This document shows positions 25,975 to 40,700 of a stretch of 64,000 bases of DNA, piece after piece. The notes beneath the pieces are model-generated. The model was not told the DNA's origin, did not search any database, and worked only from the letters and a program-made list of their open reading frames with translations. Positions within the stretch are counted from its first letter, which is position 1. Every line of letters begins with the position of its first letter. Origin of the DNA: Cycas panzhihuaensis (taxonomy: Eukaryota > Plantae > Cycadophyta). Both the position numbers and the translations under genes were made by a program. The DNA is taken from positions 67,153,741 through 67,217,740 of the forward strand of contig CM041465.1 in assembly GCA_023213395.1 (NCBI GenBank), given 5' to 3'.

Positions 25975-28900
25975 AGCACTCTTTACATCTATTTGATAAA
26001 TAGATCATTTGAATTAGGTTGTTAAAGATATAATTAAATGGAATGTAGTTATATTATCCACCGGTGTAAATATTTTATCATAGTTAATTCCTTCCTATTG
26101 TTTAAAACCTCTCACTACAAAATGAGTTTTGTGATGCTAGACTATGCCATTTGGATGAAGTTCTATCTTGTACAACCATCTACAATCAATTCCTTTCTTC
26201 CTAGGTGATAATTTAGTCAACTCCCAAGTATCATTTTTAATAATTGAGTTCATTTCTTCATATGTAACTACTTTCCATGTTTGGTCGTTAACAACTTCCT
26301 CAAATATGGAAGGCTCAAGTGTTTCTAGGACATATGCAATTAAGGCAAAATTTATGAAGTGTATTATTTTTAGAGCCTTTTGATAGTTATAGGAGGAGTA
26401 GGAGCATCCTTCAACAACTATTGAACCCACTTCGGATATGGTTAAATGCTAGTAGCTTTTACTTAAAGGTCACCAACTAAAATTAGAGGCAAGGTTTGCT
26501 TGCTTATGTTGTTGATGTAGAGGCTATTAGAAATGAGGACAGACCTAGAGTGTAGGAGGATGCTAGTATTGGTGGCTCCTAAATTTATCCAAGAGTCACT
26601 TAAGATGCACCAACTTCATCTATAACTATAACCTAAGGTTGAAGTAGAGTCAGGTATTGTATATCTTCAACAATTGTAAACTTAGTTCCCAACCATGTCA
26701 AACACTTTGTAAGCTTTGTAACTAGGTACATAACTAATTATAATGCATTTTAGGTTTTTGTCATTGAGCTTCTTTTTGTTGTCCTTCAGAATAAGTTTAT
26801 ACGATGTGCATTAAAAAATCTTTAAGTGCTACTGTCAATTTCTTACCTAATCAAGCTTCTTTAAGAGTAATATTCCTAACCGTAATCATGATACTTATGT
26901 TGGTTAGGTAAGCACATATATTTATGGCATCAAGCCAAACTTTGGTGGCAAGGTTGGCTACATTAAGCATGGCTTTCTCTTTGTTCACCAATGTTTGGTT
27001 CATCCTTTTGATTATATCATTTTGTTGTGGTCTATGAGGTGCTAGGAATTGGCATTGGATGCCATGTTCCTTATAAAATTTATTAAATTGATTTGAGATA
27101 TACTCACTAATATTATCTGATCTAAAGGTCTTGATTATTATTTCACTTTTATTTTCAATAGTAAATTTGAACTCTTTGAATTTGCCTAGGGCTTAGTACT
27201 TGTTTCTCAAGAAATAAACCCACACTTTCTTTGAGAAGTCATATATGAATATGATAAAATATAAGCTTCCAGTGAATTATTGGGTTGATATAATTCTACA
27301 AATATCTGAGTGGACCAACTCTAAAAGAAATTTTCTCTCTATTCCTTTCTATTTAGGTAAGCCTCACATATGTTATTGTATCTCTTAATTTTAGGTAAAC
27401 CATATACCATTTAGAGCTTAGATATAAGGTTCAATCTTTGCATATTTAAATGACCAAGGCGTTAATGCTATAATTAGTCTTTTGAGCTATTTGAGGTGAC
27501 AATGTCCTTTGAATATGAGTATTCATTTGGTTGCTAGATGTAAGGGAACTCATTAACAATTACATCCTTCCCCTTATCAAGTTGAGCTATATTGGCCATT
27601 AAGTAGGATTCATTTTGTGGAGTGGTGGGAAGGGGTACATCATCCAACCTATATAAGTTACCATCTTTATATCCTATGGCCATAAGTCTACATATTGCAT
27701 GATCTATAATTTTATGAACACCCTAACTAAAGAGGACAGTTAGATTCTACTTATCTATTTAGTTGATAGAGAGTAAGTTTATCTTCATTTTTGGTACAAG
27801 GAACACATTATTGATATGGTACCCGATACTAAAATCTTTCAAGGCTATTAGAGCCCTACCAATTTTGGTCAGATCATAAATTAAATTATCACTAAATATA
27901 ACTATTTTGGTATTAATAGGGTAGGTCTCTTCTAATATCTTTTCTAAACCAATCATATGTCTAGTTATATTATAGTCTAAGAGCTAAGAGTTCTCATCAA
28001 GTTGTAAAAGAAGAGTTATAAAGAATAGATTATGGGAGGAGGGATCCTGATTATTTGCCCATTACCTCCTTATTTATGAATATTTTGTTGATTCCTTTAA
28101 TGTCTATTGGGGAACCACTACCTATTATATGGTCATTCGCTTTGTGTAGCTCTAGGATTCCAATCTTGTTAGTAGAATTGGCCTTTGTGGTTAGAATGAT
28201 AGACATCTTTATAGATAGTAAGTTTATCCATGCTATTGAACAAGGCCTTCTTATTATAAAATAGGGCCTCCTTATTATGGATAAGAGGCTCCTTGAGGAG
28301 GGTATGGTCCTGCTTGTTGATAGCCTTATATCTGTTGAGGGTAGCTTAAACATCCTTGTTGATAAGAGGGTGCTCCTTATTAGTAAAATAAGGTTATTTG
28401 TTGATAATATAGAGGTATTTATGGAAGTTATACCTATATATTTGGCTTCTTTGATTTTCAAAGAATTGTAGATCATCTTAATATCTACTACATTCAACAA
28501 CTATATATCTAGTTTTACCACAATATAGATATGTTACATTTATTCTACCTTGCCAGTTCTTCTGAGGTTGAGACTGTGGTTGGGGTTACTGACATGGATT
28601 GGTTGAGGTGCCAACTAGTTATTACTACTACTAAGTTTGCTACTAATATGGCTCTTGAGATATTGTGGGAGTCTAATTGTTCAACTAGATCTTCGTGATG
28701 GCTAAGATGTTGAGCTGCTCTATTGATAGTCTTGCCATTTTCTAAATTATGAGCTATAAAGGTAGGGATTGAGTCAAATGTAGATATAACCTTAAGTCAA
28801 TTGAGTATGTTCTTTTCTTGTATCAAGAGCTCTGTAAAGGTTATGAAGTCCATTTTTAAATAATTATCACGTAGTTTAGAGATAAAAGAGTTATATTCTA

Positions 28901-29340
28901 TGAGTAAGATGTTTATGATATTAAAAATTAAATCATGATATAAAGGTAGCTCACCAAGGCTTATCACTTAGTTCCTAATGGTTTTAACTTTAATCAAGTG
29001 GTTGTTGATATTACCAATAAAATACATTACAAATAGGCATACTTTAATGGTTAGGGATTGAGATTCATCCTTTTGCTTGACTTGGTCTTCATCAACTAGG
29101 TGGAGGAAAGATAAGGCAATGTTATCCTTAGCTTTAAAGTTAGCTAAAGCTACAAGATCAGGTGAAATGATTATAGTAGAGTTATTTGGATCCATTTTAT
29201 GTTTAGAAAGGAGTATGTCACCATTAACATAGGCCCAAAAGTCATTCTTGATAAGTTTTTAACTTATTTTTCTATAGGATAAAATTATTAATACTATTAA
29301 GTTTAATATTGTTGGATATCAATATTTGTGATGCCATGAT
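25975..29340 (-). pseudogene. gag-pol: Decayed gag-pol of a second Ty1/copia family (gag, zinc knuckle, protease, integrase, RT N-terminus)
   Basis: On the minus strand: decayed CCHC knuckle YLYCGKTRYIVVEC (~28490-28530); protease *LLDYNITRHM (~27955-27990); VPKMKINLLSI; integrase with LELVHSDIC (~27300); RT start EPSIFEE...NDTWELTKL...CRWLYK (ORF 26137..26430); QIDVKSA at the junction with the family A LTR. Confidence 0.85.
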
Positions 29341-32300
29341 TCTAAGTACTTTTGTTTTGTTTTATGTCTTTAAAGGTTGTATAATTAGGTATTAATCTAC
29401 CTATGGAGCTACTAATCTATAATTCTAAATTTTGAGGGTCTCTAAGAAAGTTCTCAGTTACCATCCTACCTAGTAGTGTTTGCCCATAAATCGCAAACCA
29501 GGGACCCAATTAGAATATAAGGAGTATTTTAAAAGTAAAAATTATATTAGAATGAATTAGGAAAATACTTGCATACTATAGTCTTATTCATTAGTACATG
29601 GAAGACATAATAATATATTGATCATCTTCCAAACATTAATCATCATTAATATTTACATTTCACTTCACCAAAATAGTATCAAATTCAATTAAAAGCATAA
29701 TATAATATTCCAAACATTGAATACAATCTCATTTAACAAGCAAATACACCCATGATCAAGTAAATTAATCAATAAGATGGATAGAAATCAATCAAGGGCC
29801 AAATTTTGGTGAAATGCCCTTATCGTTATTAATTTATTATATTCATTATATGTTTAATTAATCATGTGATTATATTATATCCTACTTAATTGCACGCTTC
29901 TACATAAAGTATTTCAAAAAATTCAACATGATATTAGAGCTCAGGTTGAGAGCTAAGGTGAAATATAGAGTATATATGAAGATATTAATGAGATGTTAGA
30001 TCAGAGTTGCACATCAAAAGCAAGAAGCGGGTTGATAGAATAGATGAAGAAGACCATGCATATATGGTGATGATCTTAAACATTTAAGAATAATCCATAC
30101 ATTTATTATATAAGTTAGCATTAGAAGTTAGTATTAAAGGTTTATTTAAAGAAAAAAAAAAGTTATGTTAATGATATATAACCAAGATGATTAGGGTATA
30201 ATGAAGTAATAGTCAAAGTTACATATAAATTAAGGGCCTATATATTAATCTAATGGTAATATTTATTTTATGAGTTAATTTATAGATATTTATATGCATA
30301 TAGGTATCTTTTATTTTGAAGCATAAAGTTTATAAAGTTCATCCACAAGAGATCACCCAAGTAAGATTAATCACCTTTGTAAGAGTTAGATGAGAAGTTA
30401 GTACTCTATTAGTAAATATGAAATAGGTAGTAGGACTATAATTTTAATATGTAATAATTTAAAGGCAACATAAGTAAATAGCTTTTGGTGTCAAACTGAA
30501 GTAGGTATAACACTAAGATTTGAGGTATGTTTTTAATTATTATTATATTAAATAGGCATGAGGTGAGGCCTTTAATATGGTATATTGAGGTAATATATAA
30601 GATTATGTTGATACAACCAAATGGTTAATGAAGAATATTTAATAGAGTTTAGTTGAAATTTTAATAAAATAGATATATATGACTCAATTTATGATGTATT
30701 TAATGTCTTAAAAATTAAGGTGTGAAGCATGTAATAACTTTTTAAATATTAGATAGTGATACATACATGTTGTCATAATGAAATTAATCCCCCTAAGGCA
30801 TTTAATACATTTCATATAGTGATTTTCCATCACTAATCAAATGAATTTGATATAGAAAGTTAATGGAATAATAAGGAAAGCACCTAATGATGAACATAAT
30901 CACATAATTTAATGTATAGAATCAATGAATATTAAATGATAGATAAAGATACCACTTGCTTCTTTAAGAGTCTAAAAGCTGGATCACTTTTATTTAAGAG
31001 TTTAAGGATTGGTTGAGTTTTTTATGTTGACTATGTTTTCTCACTTAACGTGAGACATGGAGAAGTCCCATAAGATTTTTTCTTAAAATTAATAATAATG
31101 GTTATAAATTATCCATAAAACTAAGTTTAATATGAAGGAGTTTGTTTGATGTAGCTTTTTTAAATAGAAATTTAATTGTAATATGTAATAAGAGGCATGA
31201 AAATATATTATTATATATTACTTTATTATAACTAGCTTAGTAAGCCAAGTGGTATTCCCTATTCCTAGAGTTAATTAGTTGAGAATTGAATTTGATGAGA
31301 TCGGTTCATAATAAAGCTACAAAGGCATTTAAAAAATTATTAATTGAGATAGCACATATATATCTCTATTTCTTGGCTACTAGGAATGGATATGGACGGC
31401 TCACCTCAAGCAAGAACAGGTATGTGTCTATCCTCACTTTCATTAGCTTTAAGATGTTGTTGGATTGTCCATAAATGCACGTTGCATATTGATTGATTGA
31501 TTATATGATCATTGTGCTTGGCCTACCTGCACATTAATGTTTGCAAAAAATATTCTAGCCTAGGACGACTTGGGATACGTATCCCATGGCATCTTATGAC
31601 CCTCTGCCATGTCTCCACAATAGCTCAAAGTGCTCTTAACTCCCGTAGCATGTCCTTTATCACTCCTTAGTGTAACATGACCCCTTAGCAACCCATTTAG
31701 GCCTAGTTATTACCTTTGTTTGTCACTTGTCCCTCTTTGGGGCCTTGTTGCCACCTGTTTTACGTTCATCATGGCTCCTCTAGGTCCTAAAACACCCTTA
31801 GCACCTCAGCAATGCATTAGTTTACCCTTTAGGGGTCTAGGGCCCCCTTTTTGGGGAGATTTCCAAGCTCCTCCTTTTTGTTCTCTCCTAATTTTGAGTG
31901 CACCACTCCCAAATTTCATGATACCGCTACAAACTCTACGGTATCGCAAAGTTTGCCATGGTGCAACAGTTTAAATTTATTTTCTTGCTTGGCCATGGGC
32001 AATTTCACATTAAATATGAAATTGACACATGGCGTTGAGTTATTTCCTACACAAGGATTACCCTAATCGCCTGTTAGCCTAGGGTTGGGTTTAAAAACCT
32101 AAAATTCACCTCATTCCTCTTCTTCTTCCTCCTCATCACTAAGAAAAATTTCTGAAATGAAGGTTCTCTCCTATTGTACTTGTCCTCCACTCTAGCCATC
32201 ATCCTCCTTAGGGTATAACCTTAAGTTACAGGTCTATGGTAGTAAGATTTGGGACATATCTCCTTTACAAGCACTCCATCAAGGCAGAAGCATTAAGTTT

Positions 32301-34700
32301 ATTTGTAGGTCATGCTCTCTCCTTGTGTTGTCATAGGGGTTCTTTAGCACTCCTTCGAGTGAAACTTCCTTCCTCGTCAACACACAAGGTAAACTTGCCT
32401 CAGATCTATTTTTATTAGGTATTTACATGCCTTCACATTCTACTTTTTCTCAAGCATAAGGGTTTTCTTACTTACTTTCCAGTTTGCTAGGTGAAGCTAC
32501 CTCTTATTTATCTATTCTGAAAGGTAAATCCTTCCCTTTCTTAGGCTTATCCCCTTATACCTTAAGGTTTATCTTGGCTCTACTCAAGAAGGTGGAGAGA
32601 AAAGAGTTTAGTGAATAGAGGAAGGAGTTCCAGGTAGGGTTTTGTACCCTTTTGCCATCTCCTCAAGAGTAGCCCCCTACTCTTCATTCCTTTTCCTCTC
32701 CTAATACCTCTCTTGTCCACCTAAAAATCTTTGGGATAGGGATCCTGGTTGGTTGCAACATTAGTAGCACCTTGCAATACCTGCAACTAGCCTCCATAGC
32801 TTCACAAAATCTGGTTTTCAGTAGCAGCTCCTTGATTTACATAGTCTTATCCCTTCTTTTGTAAAATCTTACAAGAGTTGCACATAAAACTTTTGTAACT
32901 TTTACATTTCCTTGTAACTTTTCTGTATACAAAGTTTGTTACTCTTTTACCATTGGAAAAACTTGGTTTCTGTTGAGATTTGCTTGTTTGAGTGCATGGG
33001 AATGTGGAGACAACCCATTAGGAGGGTTAGCCATTTTAAGACTACCCTTCCTTCTTCCTTTCACCTCCCTTTCCCATGATCATTGGAACATATTTATGCA
33101 TAATAACTAAACTAACATTGAACATGGTATTTATTTGGAGGATGTTTGCATGAGGTTACTCTCTCTCTTTTTTTTTTTTCCTTTTGATAAGAATACGTAT
33201 ATACATTTTCTCCCATGCATGCCTAGTGCCCCTTGGGAAAGGATAAACCATTTGTCATGCAGGTTTTACCCCTTTTGGAGCAACTGAAGGCCTTCACAAA
33301 AGGTGTGTATACCTCTCTTATTGTTAATACATTATTTTGAAACTTCATTATAGGCAATCCTTTCTTTTCCCTTTGGTTCTTCCTGCATTTGGATATTGGG
33401 GAAGGTAAGGATACCCTGCTAGTATTTGTGACAAGGAGCATTGAGTGGATGAGCGTTGATCGCAAAGAAAGTGACAAGGCCTCTACACTGACCATCCAAT
33501 TTCTAGGTGCATTTCTTTCTATCCTCTTGGCTTATTCCTTTCCCTATTTTATTCCCAAAAGAAGAAAAAAAGAACAAAAGAAAAGATAGTTTGTGCTTCA
33601 TTATTTGTTGCTTGACTTGTTTAATCATATAGAGGGAAGGGTAACTACTTTGCACAAGTAGGTGACAATCCCCACTTGTTCCATCTTTACCCCCCTCTGT
33701 TGGCTCAAACTCTTGCATTTGCCCAACTCTGAGTGCAGAGGGTCGTAAGTCCCTCTACTCCAAACCTATCCTCTTTCCTATAAACCATTGGGTTGACTTG
33801 CATTAGTCCCTTGCCTCCTCTTCCAATGCTTCCTGCCTACTTGTTTCCTCTTGTGCTTGCAAAAGATAAGGGGAGAGAGGTTAGGAAGAGAGAGAGTTAT
33901 TGTCTTTTATCATTTACTTTCTCTCTTATTCAAATATAAACCAGAAATAACAATATCTCATAGCATTATCCTATCTCATTATATAATGAAAACTAAGAAA
34001 TAGAATACATTGCCTTGTCCCCTACATCTAGATATCTATTTCAGGTGTAGGCATCTTAAGGGCATCCCCCCCCTAAGGTCTTTCTCTTCCCTTTTAGTGA
34101 AGGCTTATTTTTCCTTACCTCCATTTAAGAGTTGGCTTATTTTCAACCCAACTTCCTCTTCTCGTCCACATTACCAGTCACCTATCGCTTGCTTATAGGT
34201 ACTCTCTCCTTTAGTTAGGACCTACCTCTTCCATTCCCTCTCTATGGGAAGGGAGTCACCCATCTCAATCCTCCTTCCTTGGCCATCTATGATAGGAGGG
34301 TCCCTTGAGGCTACTCAACAAACTAAGGAAGCCTTGTTTGGCCCATCTCGAATTGAGAAGGTGCTCACCTTGAGGGGAAGTTTGTACACCATTTGCGGGT
34401 CCTCAAACATGTATTATGATGTATGGATGCCCTTTGTGGGTAATCGTTTCCCTCACTTCTATAGATCCTTTAGCCCTATGATTGTTGATTGTATCAACTT
34501 AATCTCTTCGTATCTGGTGACCCTTAGAGGTGTGCTTCCATTGGCAACCATACTAGAGACTCGTCATGAAGGGGTCTATCCTAGTCCCTTTTTCTGTTGG
34601 TGCTACTTCTCTTTTGGTAACCCTCTTCAATTTATTCAGCAACCTCCAACATCTGTCATTTTGTCATTCCTTCTTCTTCCAACTCTTAGGAAGAACTTAT

Positions 34701-37700
34701 ATGTGATGATTTTCTCATCGTTTATGAAGTGTCCCTTCTTCATTGGAAGACTTTCCTTATTCTCCCCTTGCATTATTAAATTCTGAATCTACCATAGAGG
34801 GATTCCCTTTGGATTAGGTATACCATGCCTATATTTCCAAGTCTCACCCACCTTCTACTTCTTTCCAGGGACCCACGGAAGAGGGCGAGGACCCTATCTT
34901 CTACCCAGGTGATGAAGAGCACTCATAGGTTCATCACCTTTTCACTCATGAAGTGGAAATGTCTTCTCCCATGTGATATCACCACCCTAGTGATAATGTC
35001 CATGAGGATAGCCTTATGGGGTCCACTTCATATGAGGATACCTTGACTTCATATGAGCAAGTGGATACCCCTCCTATGAACATGATGGAAGTCCTTAATC
35101 AGTGCTTCTAAGTGGCTATCATCCAACCACTTCCCAAATGGTTGAATAACATCTTGTAAAGTATGGCACTTTCCTCCTCCATATTTGCACCTTCATATTC
35201 ATTCCATTCAAAATTCCTATCTATAATGGGGGCATCACTCATTACGTCTTCCCCTTCTTGTGGCCCACATTTTGTAGGGACCACATAATGCATACTCACC
35301 TCTCAATTTGGATTGAGAATACTCCAACCAACTGTGGTCCATCCACCTCCCGTCACATCTAGGAGACCTATACATCCTCCTACTTCTAATCGTGTAGGAA
35401 AAATCCTCATGCAGTCCCAGACTTAAACTAGGGATTCCTCCCTCTACGTGCCCCTGGGATATACTTCTCAACCATGGGGTTATCGTAAGGGAAATCCTCT
35501 TCTCGTCTATGGGGCAGACCCCTTGCATCCATATGATATCATGCCACTAATGGGTAGCCCATATGGGTAAAATTTGATTCCACACCCATCCATTCCTTCT
35601 CATACTCCTTCTTATACAATGCCTTCGTAAGGAGGGAAAGACCCTTCTGAGGGCACCCTCTCTCAAGTCCCTTTCAATAAGGGGCATACCCTTGAGGAGG
35701 GATGGGTCCCTCCTACCCATCTAATCCTTTTTCGATCCTCTTACATTAAGGATTAGTTCCCTCCCACCAAGCAGGAGGAAGTTCGTATCCCCTTTCGGGC
35801 CAAGTTTCCTAAGGAGAATTTGGGCATCCTTGCCCATCTCTTCCTTCATCCTTCAATGACCCTATGTTCAAACCAAGGGCTCATCCCTTCATGGACTATA
35901 GGTCAACTCCTTTATCTATTGAGGTGCTAAAAACTAACTTACTGCCTCATCCTCCTAAGGTTCCCAAGTTTGACAAGACCTCCTCTCAAGACCTAACAGA
36001 GCATGTTAGAAGCTTTTCTATGGAATGCATCAACTATTGGGTGTACAATCATATTCTGATAAAACTTTTCCCATGTTCTCTACAACATGATATCCTTAAA
36101 TGGTTCAATCATCTTCCTACACACTATATCTACTCATTCCAGTAACTAGTCAATGAGTTCATCAATTATTTTAATATCACTCATCCCTTCGACAACGAAA
36201 TGAAAGATCTCTTGTCCCTCAAGCAAGGTCATGATGAAATGAATCATGACTTTTTGAGGTATTTCCATGATCTCCTCCACTCCATGAAGGCAACCTTGCC
36301 TAAGAAGTTAAAGAGGGATCTTTTTGTGAATAATCTTTACACCAAAGTGCATGTTGAAGTCCTCAAGGTAGGGGAAATAACATACGACTCTACCATAGCC
36401 AAATGTTTGGCTCTTGAGGACATTGAGATCCAAGTAGGTCTCAAGAAGCCTCTTATCTTGTTACAATTACATGAGGTACCCCCTCCATCTCAGTACACCA
36501 AAACCCAATAGCCTCCCAATTCTTCAACTCATACGATAGAGAAGACCTTGGACCCTTTGACTTCTGTTATATATTCTTTTAAACATATGATAAAAGAGCT
36601 TAAATTCCAAGTGCCTTCATCGCCTACCTCCCGTAAACCTGTTCATCAAGCTTCTCAAGCTACACCTCCCAAGAACAGAGATACCCATACTTCTCAAGCA
36701 ATGAAGACAATCTCTTCCTTAGAGAAGAGATGGTGCTCCATTCATGGTGAGTGCTTTCATGAAGACTCATAATGTAGGGTGCAAAATCTCAAATCCACCG
36801 CACATCATAACTCTCCTAAATGGGCATATAGGCCCAATCTAGACCAACTTGTTCATAAGGATCCTTTTCCCAAACATGAGGAATAGGATCACTATACCTA
36901 GTAAAGAGGTATCAAAATAGGGGAAGGTCTCCTAACCCTCACCCCGTGTAAGCCAAGGAAAAGAGAGTAAGGAACACTTCCTCATCCTCCAATTCCTACC
37001 ATCGAACTCCTTCTCCTTCTCAGTCCTAAAATAAAGGAAGTAAAGTTATCTAGATGCTTAAGACAAGGCCTTTATATGCCTTGACTCGGTCCCAAGCAAC
37101 TAAAGAATAAATAGGTGGTTCTTCTTCTTCTCATCCTAACCCTCTATTGGAGAATCCTCCTTCAAAGATTATGTTGCTTCCTAAGACGATCCCCATTCGC
37201 CCTAATCATTATGATTTCTAAAGGGCACTTCTCCAACCTACCATAAAAGGGAAGCCCTTCTCTATCATCGACGAGTTTCAAACTATGGCCGTAGGAATGT
37301 CCATGATAGACATCTTGAGAAGTTGCCCAGAGCAATGCACTCTCCTCTTAAAGATTTTAGGTTTAGTTGACACTTTCATTCATGCCTTGGGTGTTGCTCC
37401 AAGCTGTAAACCTATCATTTCATTCGACCTTAAAGATCTCCCTCCCACTGGTGAAAAGGAATGCCAATGGCAGTATCCTTTTACCATATCCATAGACACA
37501 CCTAAATGTACTCTTCGAAGGACTATTGTAAACAATGATTCTTTTGTTAATGCTATACCCTTATGGATCATGCAAGAGTTAGGCATAGTGGCTTAATCCA
37601 ATCCCAAAGTGTTGTCAAGGCTATGATGGTAGCAACAAAACACCCTTGGGATATGTTTCCATTCCTCTTACTCTCAAGGACAAGACGATCCTCACTAACA

Positions 37701-40700
37701 TCATAGTCCTCGATGTAGACATGGACTACAATCTTTTATTGGGATATCTATGGATCGATTAGATGGGAGCCGTGTGTTCATCCCATAGGGGGCAACTTAA
37801 ATTCATCTACGAATGGTGGATGAAAGTTGTTTCCCATGAGCCTCCTCCTACCAAATAATTGCATCAATCTCGGTAAGCGATTCGTGACTAGGCGAAGGGT
37901 AATAAGGGCTCATATGCCTAGACTTTTGCTTGCTCTATTGACATTCCTAGTTCATCATGTTTAGAAGAAAGCCCTTTCTCTTCTTCCTCCAACCTTATCT
38001 ATATTGCCCCTATTGGTGTGGGGAGTTCTAGGTACCTCATTGTATTGAGCGACCATGAGTTTGATGGTGAGGATGAGGACCTCCCTCATCTCATATCCCT
38101 TCTAAACACGAGTAGGGAGTTCTCCCTTTGTTTTAGGTCCTGACCTGAAGCCTCTTCTATTAAGGAGCCTAGCCTTCCTCCCAGGTCACATATCAATACT
38201 CCCGTCTCTCATATGACTTCCCATCTTGCCTCATCTTCTACCTTATCACCCTCCTTGAGCGATGAGGCGAGGCAATCTCCTATCGTTTATTATAAGAGAT
38301 CTCCCTTTGACTCTTCTAGAGAGTCTCCCAACTATGTTGAGTGGTGGGTAGACTGCTATGGTCCTATCACTCCTTCTATTCCTCGCTCTTCATCTTCTCT
38401 AAGTATAACCATCCATGGGATAGATTGCTTCGAGAATAATGAGGCCTTACTAGAGTATCTAGCAGGCTCCACGCCCAATCTCCCTCTTAGCCATCATAAA
38501 CTTGGTTACTAGAAGATTTTAGCCTTTGCATCATCGTTAGCTAATCCAAGCCTCCCTTCTTCTTCTTTGGCCCCTCCTATTGACCAAGCCCCCCTTCACT
38601 TCACTGAACGGAATGCCATGTACATAGGGGCAACTAAGGACATTATCCCTACTCTTGGCAAGGTCATCAAGATTGAAGCAGAGTGTTCTCTTGAAGAAAT
38701 AAAGGAGTACACACTTCTTTCTCAAGAGTTCCATGACATATTTATATGGGATTATGTTGACATGAAGGGGTTAGACCCTTCCATTGTCACCCATAACCTT
38801 ACTACCATTCTGGGTGCTTACCCCGTGTGGTAAAAGTAGTATCTCTTACATCCTAAACTTTCAACTACCATGAAGATAGAAGTTAAGAAAGTCTTAGACA
38901 TAGGGTTAATCACCTCTATTGACTACCCCATGTGGGTCTAAAACATCATTCTTATTGCTAAAGGGAATGGGATTATTTAGATATGCGTTGATTTTTGTGA
39001 CATTAACAATATATGTCTGAAGGACAACTTCCCTCTACCTTTCATCAATCAAATCATTAATCAAAATTCCAGATTTGAAGTCATATCCTTGATGGATGAC
39101 TTCTCTCGGTATAACCAGATCCAGATCTCTCCCAAAGACCTTCAAAAAATGGCCTTCACTACTTCTTAGGGTACCTTCACTTATAAGGTGATGCCCTTTA
39201 GACTTAAAAATACATGCATCACTTATTAAAGGGAGATGCAATTTGTCTTCCATGACATCATAAACTAAAGCCTTGAAGTCTTCATGGATGACATGATGAG
39301 TCTTTCAAGTAAAAAGGCCCACCCTCCTAGCAATTTGTGAGCCATCTTTACTAGATGTCACAAATATCATCTGAGTTTGAATCCCCTTAAATGTGTGTTT
39401 GCTATAACAGTTGGCAAACTCCTCAGTTTCCTTATTTCAAAACAAGGAATCCAAATTGATCTTGATAAAGTCAAGGCCATCCTTGACATGCCTCCTCCCA
39501 AGACTTAATAAAAACTCAAGTTGTTCTTGGGTATATTAGGTTTCATTAGGCGTTTCTTGACAAACTTCACCATAAATAGTAAGCCCCTCACTAACTTATT
39601 GAAGAAGGGAGCCCCATTCGCTTAGTCTCCAAAGGTCAAGGAAGCTTTTAAATAGCTCAAAAGAGCCTTGGCTTCTACCTAGATTTTGGCACCTCCCCTC
39701 TTTGAATAACCCTTTATCCTTTACACCTTGACCACTAATGAATCCTTAAGGGCTATGCTTGCTCAAGAGGATGACTCAAGAACTAAAAGGGCTATCTACT
39801 TTATTAATTGCACTTTAGTTGTTGTTGAGCTTAACTACTCTACTACCAAGAAGGAATACCTCACCTTGGTATACGCCACTAAAAAATTTTAGACATTACT
39901 TGCTTGGTAACACCACTCAAGTGATTATCCAATAGATCGTCTTCCTTTAAGAGTATAATCTCAAAATCATTAATAGGAAGTCGAAGAAGGGGATGATGGT
40001 CATCGAATAGTTGGTTGATGCCCCAATCCCTAACTCTTTGAACATTCCTATTGATAATTCCTTGCCTAATGAGCCTATATTTTCCATTCAAGACTTGTCC
40101 CTCCATCCATTAGCTAATAGTGAATGGTATGGGGATATCGTACGATACCTTACTAAATAGTAGTATCGTCCTAATGCTAGTGACAAGGTAAGGTCATATG
40201 TCAAGTCCACTACTAGGTAGTACTTACCCATGGAAGGGGCGTTGTACAAGATATCCTTTGGTGAGGTCCTCCTTTGCAGCTTCAACCTTGATGATGTAAA
40301 CTAGATACTTGTGAATGCTACAATGGCATTTGTGGGGCCACTTTGGGGGCTAATCTATGGCCTAGAGGATCCTTCCCATGGGTTACTATTGGCTGTTCCT
40401 CTTCAAGGATGTCCATACCTATGCTTTACAATGCCGTAGGTATCAGGAGTATGCCAACATCATCCATTCACCTTCCGAGGCCCTACACCTCATTATCTCT
40501 CCATGGCCTTTCTCCTAATGGGGATTATACCTCATTAGGGAAATAACCCCTCCTTCTTCATTGCACATAAGTTTATCTTAATCACGATAGAGTATTTCAC
40601 TAAATGAGCTAAAGTGGTGTCCCTGTCTTCCACTTTTGGTAAGATGGTAGCTACTTTCATCTACTAGCACATTATCTGTTGACTAGGAATCCCTAATATC

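Noticed and set aside
34244-34786. 180-aa ORF upstream of gag as an Ogre-like extra ORF1
   Set aside because: Not open in the homologous regions of B2 or the better-preserved B3, and no recognisable motif.
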